NCBI GenBank assembly: GCA_039588275.1
Contig: JBDHAC010000081.1
Span: forward strand, 1-16,445
Reading direction: 5' to 3'
Length of the DNA stretch: 16,445 bases
DNA from: Gemmatimonadota bacterium
GTDB taxonomy: Bacteria > Gemmatimonadota > Gemmatimonadetes > Palauibacterales > Palauibacteraceae
Both the position numbers and the translations under genes were made by a program. Below, piece by piece: positions 7,531 through 14,420 of the stretch. The notes below the pieces were generated by a model, which ran no database searches, was not told the origin of the DNA, and was given only the letters and a program-made list of their open reading frames with translations. Numbering within the stretch: position 1 is the first letter of the stretch; every line of letters begins with the position of its first letter.

Positions 7531-8712
7531 GTGAGACACGCCATCCCAGACCGACCGGGTCGAAACGCCTGGCTGGAGGTGGATCTCGGCGCGCTGCGCA
7601 GGAACGCGGAGCGTCTGCGGACGATCGTCGAGCCCGCGCGTCTCCTTCCGATGATCAAGGCGGACGCCTACGGTCTGGGTGCGGCCGTCGTTGCCGAGGC
7701 GCTGCGAGCGGTCGACCCGTACGGATACGGAGTCGCGACGGCGAACGAAGGCGCGTCGCTCCGAGCCACCGGGGCCACCGAGCGGATCGTCGTGTTCTCT
7801 CCTTCTTCTCCGGCCGACTCCCCGGCGCTGATAGAGAACGGACTGGAGCCGGTTGCCATGAGCCTCGCCTCGCTGCGTCGGTTCGCCGAGGCGGCGCGTG
7901 CGGGTGGGGCCGTGCTCCCGGTGCACCTGGAGCTCGACACGGGGATCGGGCGCGCGGGGCTTCCGTGGGAAGAGGCGGAGCGCTGGAGTAAGGAGGTGGC
8001 AACCGTCCTGCTCGACGGTTGTCTGAAACTCGAGAGCACCTTCTCGCATTTTCACTCGGCCGAAGCGGATGACGCCGCGACCCGCGAGCAACTGTCCCGG
8101 TTCGAGAACGCCATCGCCACATTGCGGGCGGCGGGTGTCGAACCGGGGGCGCTCCACATCGCGAACAGCGCTGCGGCACTCGCTGATGCGTCGTATCATC
8201 TGGACCTCGTCCGACCCGGTCTGTACCTGTTCGGCGGCGGGTACGGGCTGGCCAGAGGCGAGCTGCCGCCCGCCGAGCCGGTAGCCCGGGTGCGGGCGCG
8301 GGTGCTGGAGGTCCGCGACGTTCAAGCGGGCGCGACGGTGAGCTACGGGGCCACCTACGTGACCGGGCGACCGAGCCGTCTCGCGACCATCGGGATCGGG
8401 TACGCGGACGGACTGCCACACGGCGCGTCGAACCGGAGTAGCGCTCTCATCGACGGTGAGCGTGTACCGATTCGCGGGGCCGTGTGTATGGATATCACGG
8501 TCGTGGACGTTACCGGCATGGACGACGTAGACGCAGGCCACGTGGCGACCCTGCTCGGGCGTGACGGCGAGGCGGAGATCACGTTGGCGGAGCTGGCCGA
8601 GGCGGACGGGACGATCGAGTACGAAGTGTTGACCGGATTCGGGAAAGGGCTGCCCCGAGTGAACGTGAACAGCGAGCGGGTGGAGACGGAGACGGTGGCG
8701 CATGCCGACTGA
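7531..8712 (+). CDS. alr: Alanine racemase
   Basis: AWLEVDLGALRRN, IKADAYGLG (PLP Lys), DTGIGRAG, FSHF, HIANSAA, VRPGLYLFG, VSYG (catalytic Tyr), GYADG, VCMD, GTIEYEVLT. Confidence 0.96.
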   Translation: MRHAIPDRPGRNAWLEVDLGALRRNAERLRTIVEPARLLPMIKADAYGLGAAVVAEALRAVDPYGYGVATANEGASLRATGATERIVVFSPSSPADSPALIENGLEPVAMSLASLRRFAEAARAGGAVLPVHLELDTGIGRAGLPWEEAERWSKEVATVLLDGCLKLESTFSHFHSAEADDAATREQLSRFENAIATLRAAGVEPGALHIANSAAALADASYHLDLVRPGLYLFGGGYGLARGELPPAEPVARVRARVLEVRDVQAGATVSYGATYVTGRPSRLATIGIGYADGLPHGASNRSSALIDGERVPIRGAVCMDITVVDVTGMDDVDAGHVATLLGRDGEAEITLAELAEADGTIEYEVLTGFGKGLPRVNVNSERVETETVAHAD

Positions 8713-9124
8713 GGCGGATGTGGGGAGCCTGCGGGCCCTGGCCCTCGAGGCCATGGAGAGCGCATACGCTCCGTACTCGAGCTTCCAGGTCGGTGCTGCA
8801 CTCGAGACCGAGGACGGACGCCGCTTCACCGGCTGCAACATCGAGAACGCCTCGTTTCCGGTCACGATTTGTGCCGAGCGAGTCGCGCTCGGCGCGGCGG
8901 TCGCGCAGGGCGCGAGGCGGTTCCGCCGCATCGCTGTCGCGGCGAACGGGCCCGAGCCGGCGTCGCCGTGCGGCATGTGTCGCCAGGCGCTGGCGGAGTT
9001 CGGGCTGGACCTGGAGATCATCGGCGTGACTCCGGATGGGACGGAGACGCGTTGGACGCTGGAGGAGCTACTGCCAGCGAGCTTCAGGCTCCGGCCACGG
9101 GGTGCGAGCGGCGGTCGCCAATGA
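8702..9124 (+). CDS. cdd: Cytidine deaminase (homotetrameric, 3-Cys zinc type)
   Basis: AYAPYSSFQVGAAL, GCNIENASF, ICAER, SPCGMCRQ. Overlaps the alr stop. Confidence 0.96.
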   Translation: MPTEADVGSLRALALEAMESAYAPYSSFQVGAALETEDGRRFTGCNIENASFPVTICAERVALGAAVAQGARRFRRIAVAANGPEPASPCGMCRQALAEFGLDLEIIGVTPDGTETRWTLEELLPASFRLRPRGASGGRQ

Positions 9125-10371
9125 GCGAGATGCCCCGACGACTGGCGGCCATGGCGGCGGTGGCGTCGGTGGTGATGCTGGCCTGCACCGAGGACCCGCT
9201 CGGCAACCTGGACGCCGAGACGGCGCCGGGCGCGTCATCCCCGACGAGGGAATTCAGGCTCTCGGCCGCGGATCTTCCAGCCTGGCGGGACACCACGGTG
9301 AGCGGGTTCACTCTTCGCAGCACGGCCGGGTTCGTGCTGTTGTCCGATCAGTCCACGTTCCGGTCGCGGAGCCTGAACAGCATCAACGTGCCCGACACCC
9401 TCACGACGCTCGCGGACACGTTGCCGGTCGAGCGGTTCGAAGACGCGAGCATCCGCATCGCGATCGATACCGTGAACTCCGTGTTCGCCGGCTTTCCGCT
9501 CATGGTTCGCCTCATCTCGTTGGCGGAAGGGTTCGAGCCGGACGAAGCGTCCTGGACACAAGCCGCCGAGGGGCGTCCCTGGACGATGCCAGGGGGCGAC
9601 CTGGGAGCCGAGCTGTCCTCGGCCGAGATGATGGAGGTCAGCGACAGCCTGATCTTCGAGTTTCAGGTCCCGCTTGATTCGCTCCTCAAGTCCTGGCAGG
9701 CGCAGGACGGTGATCCGGGCTTCGCGCTCGTGCTCGAAGGACCCGGATCGCGGATTCAGATCCGCGCCCTCGCGCTGCGCATCGAAGCTCTTCTCGAGGG
9801 TCGCGAGGTCCCGATCGAGCAAGAGTTGGTGACCGACGTGCGCACGTTCATCACCGATCCGGATCCGCCGCCGGCGGGTCTGGCTCTGCGCGTGGCGGGG
9901 CTCCCGGCCTCGCGGTTCTACGTGACGTTCGAGCCGCCGGACAGCCTGGATGGGATTCCTCTCCTCGGTTCAGCGGTGAATCACGCGGAGCTGGTGTTCC
10001 ACCCGCTCCCACCGCCGACGGAGCCGTACGTGATGGAGCGGAACGTCGCCGTCCGGCCTGTAACGCTGCTCGCGGATCCGTTCGAGTTCGGCGCGAAGAC
10101 GCCGATTGGATCGACTCCCGCGACTTTCACCCTCCTGGAGCCCGACTCGCTGGCGATAGGGGAGCCGTTTCGGGTGGATGTAACGGCCCTCGTGGCGGGT
10201 GCTCTGTTCGTCGAAGCGGATTCGATAGGTCAAGTGAAGGTGGGTCTGCGGGCGGAGCCGGACGGCCAGGCGGTGGGTTTCTGGGAGTTCGGGTCGGTGG
10301 AGGCGGGTGCGGGCCTGCGCCCCGAGCTCGTTCTCGTCCTCACCCCTCGACCTACCTTCGGGGTCCCATGA
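9121..10371 (+). CDS. Uncharacterised lipoprotein (about 416 aa, beta-rich)
   Basis: ATG 9121 overlaps the cdd stop (ATGA). MSEMPRRLAAMAAVASVVMLAC lipobox. ASWTQA...PWTMPGGD and FGSVE...RPELVL motifs resemble DNRLRE-type beta-sandwich domains (inference). Confidence 0.8.
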   Translation: MSEMPRRLAAMAAVASVVMLACTEDPLGNLDAETAPGASSPTREFRLSAADLPAWRDTTVSGFTLRSTAGFVLLSDQSTFRSRSLNSINVPDTLTTLADTLPVERFEDASIRIAIDTVNSVFAGFPLMVRLISLAEGFEPDEASWTQAAEGRPWTMPGGDLGAELSSAEMMEVSDSLIFEFQVPLDSLLKSWQAQDGDPGFALVLEGPGSRIQIRALALRIEALLEGREVPIEQELVTDVRTFITDPDPPPAGLALRVAGLPASRFYVTFEPPDSLDGIPLLGSAVNHAELVFHPLPPPTEPYVMERNVAVRPVTLLADPFEFGAKTPIGSTPATFTLLEPDSLAIGEPFRVDVTALVAGALFVEADSIGQVKVGLRAEPDGQAVGFWEFGSVEAGAGLRPELVLVLTPRPTFGVP

Positions 10372-11555
10372 TGCCCCTTTCGGTGACGCCCATGATGCGG
10401 CAGGTCACACGGACTCCGGGGGGTAGGCCTCGGCGAATGGCAGGTTTCGCCATTGCGGCCCTGCTGCTGATCGCCGCTCCGACGCTCGCCCAGGTGCCGG
10501 CGACGGCGGTCGGCCTCGGCTACCCGGTCGCACCGATCGATGCGCGGGCCGCCGCCCTCGGATCGACGGGAATCGGCTTGCTGTACGGCACGTACAGCCT
10601 GCGCAACCCGGCCGATCTTTCGGAGCACCGCCGACCGGGTTTCGGACTCGCCCTCCTCGCCGAGGATGTCGATGTCAAGGGCGGAACCGTCCCGATCGAT
10701 ACAGGCCGTGAGCGCTTCACCGTGATCCGGGCGGTCGTCCCGTTCGGGGGGTGGACCGCGAGCCTCGGTTTCGGGGGAGAGCTGGACCAGGATTGGGCCG
10801 CGCGATTCCTCGATACGCTCGTGTTGAGTAGCGGCCGGGTGCCGTTCGAGGAAGTCCGGGAGCACGACGGAGGGATGAGCGCGATCGATTTCTCCCTCGC
10901 GCGTCGCCTCGGACCGCTCTCGCGCCAGACGTTCTTCCGGACGTTCGACCCACCTCTGGAGGGGGCGCCGGCGCTGGTGAACGCCGGCGGATCTCAGAGG
11001 CTCAAGTACCGGGCGTGGCGCTTCAAGACGGGCGCCTCGATAAACATCGCGAACCGCTTCCTGGTCTCCGGGAGCGTGGGCTTCACAGGCGATCTGACGG
11101 CAGAGCCGCAAGACTCGACCCGGGCTTCGGTGCAGTTCGATCTTCCCACCACGCTCGAGGTGGGAGCCAGCGTGCTCGTGGCCGACAGCGTCGTTCTGGC
11201 TGCCGGTGGTGGTTGGGCCGGGTGGTCGTCCCTGGAGGGTCTGGGCGATTTCCAGGAGGGGCTCCGGACGCACGATACCAAGTGGGGCGGTGTCGGGCTC
11301 GAATACCGCAGCCTGCACCTCATCGGTTTCAACGTCCCTGTGCGGTTTGGAGCGCGACGCGCCGAGCTGCCGTTCAACTTCGGCGACAGCCCGGTGAAGG
11401 AGACGGCGTTCTCGGTGGGAGCCGGGTTCATCTTCCGGAACGGTATCGCCGAGCTCAATCTGGCGTTCGAGTTCGGTGACCGGGGCGATTTCGCTCGCGA
11501 CGGGCTGGAGGAGTCGTTCCGCCGCCTGACGGCGTCCTTTACGCTGCGTCAGTGA
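10368..11555 (+). CDS. Outer-membrane beta-barrel protein, FadL/PorV-like by pattern
   Basis: ATGA overlap. Signal peptide (..FAIAALLLIAAPTLA|Q). N-terminal GLG...DARAAALGSTG...NPA hatch-like motif, then amphipathic strands (LPTTLEVGAS, GVGLEY, VRFGAR, FSVGAGF, LTASFTLRQ). Alternative start ATG 10437. Confidence 0.75.
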   Translation: MMPLSVTPMMRQVTRTPGGRPRRMAGFAIAALLLIAAPTLAQVPATAVGLGYPVAPIDARAAALGSTGIGLLYGTYSLRNPADLSEHRRPGFGLALLAEDVDVKGGTVPIDTGRERFTVIRAVVPFGGWTASLGFGGELDQDWAARFLDTLVLSSGRVPFEEVREHDGGMSAIDFSLARRLGPLSRQTFFRTFDPPLEGAPALVNAGGSQRLKYRAWRFKTGASINIANRFLVSGSVGFTGDLTAEPQDSTRASVQFDLPTTLEVGASVLVADSVVLAAGGGWAGWSSLEGLGDFQEGLRTHDTKWGGVGLEYRSLHLIGFNVPVRFGARRAELPFNFGDSPVKETAFSVGAGFIFRNGIAELNLAFEFGDRGDFARDGLEESFRRLTASFTLRQ

Positions 11556-11716
11556 CGGCTGACCCCGTCGCCCGCTGACCGCAACGCCGGTTGACCGCCT
11601 CGCCGGCTAACCTCATCGCCGGTCGACCGCGTCGCCCCCTGACCCACTCGACGGTTGGCTTCGCTCGACGGTTGGCTTCGCTCGACGGTTGGCTTCGCTC
11701 GACGGCTGACCCCGTC
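11554..11716. repeat. Degenerate tandem array of ten 16/17-bp units (consensus about GMCGGYTGACCNCNTC)
   Basis: Units: GACGGCTGACCCCGTC, GCCCGCTGACCGCAAC, GCCGGTTGACCGCCTC, GCCGGCTAACCTCATC, GCCGGTCGACCGCGTC, GCCCCCTGACCCACTC, 3x GACGGTTGGCTTCGCTC (11650-11700), GACGGCTGACCCCGTC. Confidence 0.9.
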
Positions 11717-12497
11717 AGCGGCCGGCCGCCTCACCTCCACCTTCCTCGCCCGAGCACAGCTGCCCGCGCAAGTCGGCATACGCCTCGCCGACCAGCCGCG
11801 GTACGAGGTCCGGGTGGGTTACCGGCCAGTCGTGCCCCGCCCCGAGCTGCTCGACCCGGACTCGCCCCGCCCTGATTCGTTCGAGGTATCCCTCGTACTC
11901 GGCCGGGCGGTACAGGCAATCGACACGCGAAAGGAACACCACGGCACACTCGGCCGCCGGCATGAAAGAGTCATCGAACCCTCGAGTCGTGTCACCGACG
12001 ACGGGGTAGAGGGCGCGCGGTGTGACAATCCCGGCTCGAACGTAATCCAGCATGATGCGCCAGGCGTACGCGATGGCGGCCCGGCCCTCGCCGCCCGTGT
12101 ACTCCTTGAGCTGGAGGCGGATCGCTCGCCCGAGGATCACGAGGAACGGGACTCGAATCGGTACCGAGGGCGCACACGCGATCGCCGGTCTGGGACTCAA
12201 GAGGGCGAGGAGACCACCGAACGAATGTCCACACCACGGAGCGCCAGGCGCGAATTCGACGGCCAGGGCCTCGACCAGCGCGAGATAGGCCGTCACATCT
12301 CGAGGGAGGGTGCGGTGCGTGCGAAAGGACAGGTCGGGCATCACCACGCGAAAGTCGGACGCCAGACGCTCCAGTCCCGGACGATAATAGCGGGGGTGTG
12401 CCCCGAGACCGGGCAGAAAGACTAGCGCCTCCGAGGCCGACCCCCGAATTTCCACCGGCACCCGAAGGCCGTCGAAGCAGAAGGTTTCGCGCTGCAC
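11715..12497 (-). CDS. Alpha/beta fold hydrolase
   Basis: LVFLPGLG, FRVVMPDL, GHSFGG nucleophile elbow, C-terminal GAGHDWP His. GTG 12497 (VQRETF) follows AGGA. ORF extends further upstream. Confidence 0.75.
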   Translation of the reverse strand: MQRETFCFDGLRVPVEIRGSASEALVFLPGLGAHPRYYRPGLERLASDFRVVMPDLSFRTHRTLPRDVTAYLALVEALAVEFAPGAPWCGHSFGGLLALLSPRPAIACAPSVPIRVPFLVILGRAIRLQLKEYTGGEGRAAIAYAWRIMLDYVRAGIVTPRALYPVVGDTTRGFDDSFMPAAECAVVFLSRVDCLYRPAEYEGYLERIRAGRVRVEQLGAGHDWPVTHPDLVPRLVGEAYADLRGQLCSGEEGGGEAAGR

Positions 12498-12670
12498 GCC
12501 GGATCCTACGTGCGACTGGCGAACCGAGCAATCGACGGCGCGGTCGGCCGTCTGAAACGGTGAACATGTCTCGATTGGTGACATTTCGAAGGGCCAGTCC
12601 CGGCGATGGGACGAAGACGGCGCGGACGGAACACCTCCGCCCGCTCGACGGAGGGTGTGGAGGCCCTGCC

Positions 12671-13996
12671 GTGCACACCCGACCACTCGGCCGTCGCGTG
12701 TACATCGAGACGTACGGGTGCCAGATGAACATCGGAGACACGGAGCTGATGGAGGGCTTGTTGGCCGACCGTGGCTTCTTCCGGGTGCCCGACGCCACGA
12801 ACGCCGATGTCATCGTCATCAACACGTGCGCGATTCGAGAGCACGCCGAGCAGCGCGTGCTCGGTCGGATCGGTCAGCTGCAGCGCCACCGTCGTGGACG
12901 TCCCGACCTGATCATGGCCGTGACCGGGTGCATGGCGCAGCGGATCGGTCACCGGCTGGTCGAGACCCGCGGAGTGGACCTGGTCGCGGGTCCCGACGCG
13001 TACCGGCGTCTCGCCGGGATGATCGATGCGATGCAGCACGGGGCGCTCGAGCGCGGGCAGACGATGCTCGAGCTCGATGCCGCGGAGGACTACGAGGGCA
13101 TCGAGTCCATCCGGGCGGAGGGTGTCAGCGCCTGGATCACGGTTCAGCGTGGATGCGACCACCGCTGCACGTTTTGCATCGTTCCGTACGTTCGCGGTCC
13201 CGAGAAGAACCGGCGCCCGGAAGCCATCCTCGACGAAGCACGCCGGGCGGTCGGTAATGGGTTCACCGAGCTGATCCTCCTGGGACAGACGGTCAACTCG
13301 TATAGCTCGGCGGATTGGGATTTCGCACGACTGTTACGCGAGGTCGCCCGCGTAGATGGAGTGCGTCGCGTGAGGTTCACCTCGCCTCACCCGAAGGACG
13401 TGACGGAGTCGCTAATGGACGTGATGGTGGAAGAGCGCGCCGTGTGCCGCCAACTCCACCTTCCCGTGCAATCGGGCGCGGACCGAATCCTCATGCGGAT
13501 GGTCCGCCGGTACACGGTCGATGAGTTCCTGGCGCGTGTGTCTCTCGCCCGCGAGCGCGTGCCGGACATCGCGCTCAGCACCGATGTGATCGTCGCGTTC
13601 CCGGGCGAGACCGCTGAGGAATTCGAGGCGACGCTCGACCTGATGCGCGAGGTGCAGTTCGACGACGCGTACCTGTACCGCTATTCGCACCGCGACGGTA
13701 CGCCCGCGACCCGCCTACCGGCCGACGACACCGTTTCCGATGAGGTGGCCGCCGTGCGCCTCGAGCGCCTGATCGAGATGCAGCGCGATATCCAGCGTGG
13801 CGTGAACGAACGAGAGGTGGGCACGGTCCGGGAGGTCCTAGTGGAGCGCGACGCCCGCTCGGCGGGTGATGTTCTGGGACGTACCGAGCAGAACAAGGTC
13901 GTGGCTTTCGCGGGCGAATCCGACCTGATCGGCGAATACGTGGATGTCCGGCTGACGGGGACGACGGGCGCCACGTTCATGGGCCGCCGGGTCTGA
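12671..13996 (+). CDS. miaB: tRNA-2-methylthio-N6-dimethylallyladenosine synthase MiaB (radical SAM methylthiotransferase)
   Basis: ETYGCQMN, NTCAIRE, GCMAQ (UPF0004 Cys), GCDHRCTFCIVPYVRG radical SAM motif, GQTVNSY, FTSPHP, HLPVQSG, C-terminal TRAM domain. GTG 12671 has GGAGG 7 nt upstream. ATG 12566 is an alternative start. Confidence 0.96.
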   Translation: MHTRPLGRRVYIETYGCQMNIGDTELMEGLLADRGFFRVPDATNADVIVINTCAIREHAEQRVLGRIGQLQRHRRGRPDLIMAVTGCMAQRIGHRLVETRGVDLVAGPDAYRRLAGMIDAMQHGALERGQTMLELDAAEDYEGIESIRAEGVSAWITVQRGCDHRCTFCIVPYVRGPEKNRRPEAILDEARRAVGNGFTELILLGQTVNSYSSADWDFARLLREVARVDGVRRVRFTSPHPKDVTESLMDVMVEERAVCRQLHLPVQSGADRILMRMVRRYTVDEFLARVSLARERVPDIALSTDVIVAFPGETAEEFEATLDLMREVQFDDAYLYRYSHRDGTPATRLPADDTVSDEVAAVRLERLIEMQRDIQRGVNEREVGTVREVLVERDARSAGDVLGRTEQNKVVAFAGESDLIGEYVDVRLTGTTGATFMGRRV

Positions 13997-14036
13997 CCGG
14001 CACCGCTCCCGGACCCCACCGAGGGACGACCCGGCC

Positions 14037-14348
14037 ATGCGCGCGCTCCCGCGGCTCGTCGCCTTCCTGATAGCGGCGCTGCTCGCATTCTGGTTCACGG
14101 TCGAGAACGCCAACGAGACCGTCCGGATCGATCTCGTCCTGTTCAGGATCGATGCGGCGCTCCCCATCGTGATCTTCACGTCCGTTCTCCTGGGGATGGG
14201 TGCCACGCTGCTCGTGGGTTGGTGCGCGGAAGGCCGAAGGAGGCGGGCGCTGAGGAACGCCTCGTTCGAGGCTCGAGACCCGCTGCGGTCGGCCCCCCGG
14301 AGTCCCGCGGATTGGGCCTCACCGTCCGAGGAGGCGACTCCCGATTAG
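14037..14348 (+). CDS. LapA (DUF1049)-domain small membrane protein
   Basis: TM helix, F.VEN...V.IDL, LPIVIF.SVLLG second TM helix, basic tail. This is the LapA-domain layout. Confidence 0.75.
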   Translation: MRALPRLVAFLIAALLAFWFTVENANETVRIDLVLFRIDAALPIVIFTSVLLGMGATLLVGWCAEGRRRRALRNASFEARDPLRSAPRSPADWASPSEEATPD

Positions 14349-14420
14349 ATGACGACGCGTTGATCTTCCCCGCCCACGTACGGTTGAGGCCGCACCGCGT
14401 GGGAGAAGGGAGGAGAGTCG

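Noticed and set aside
7189..9021. 610-aa minus-strand ORF, and similar long antisense or alternate-frame ORFs (3716-5032, 2598-3551, 10230-11318, 11655-12425, 15296-16066)
   Set aside because: They shadow genes with clear family motifs, have Arg/Pro/Gly-rich composition and no motifs. Expected in high-GC DNA.
6546..9124. mazG + cdd as an anti-phage nucleotide-depletion system
   Set aside because: Both look like ordinary housekeeping forms (tandem-domain MazG, tetrameric Cdd) in a core-gene context, with no defence-island or mobility signatures.
11647..11705. Repeats as a CRISPR array
   Set aside because: Units are contiguous 16-17-mers with no unique spacers, and there are no cas genes in the window.
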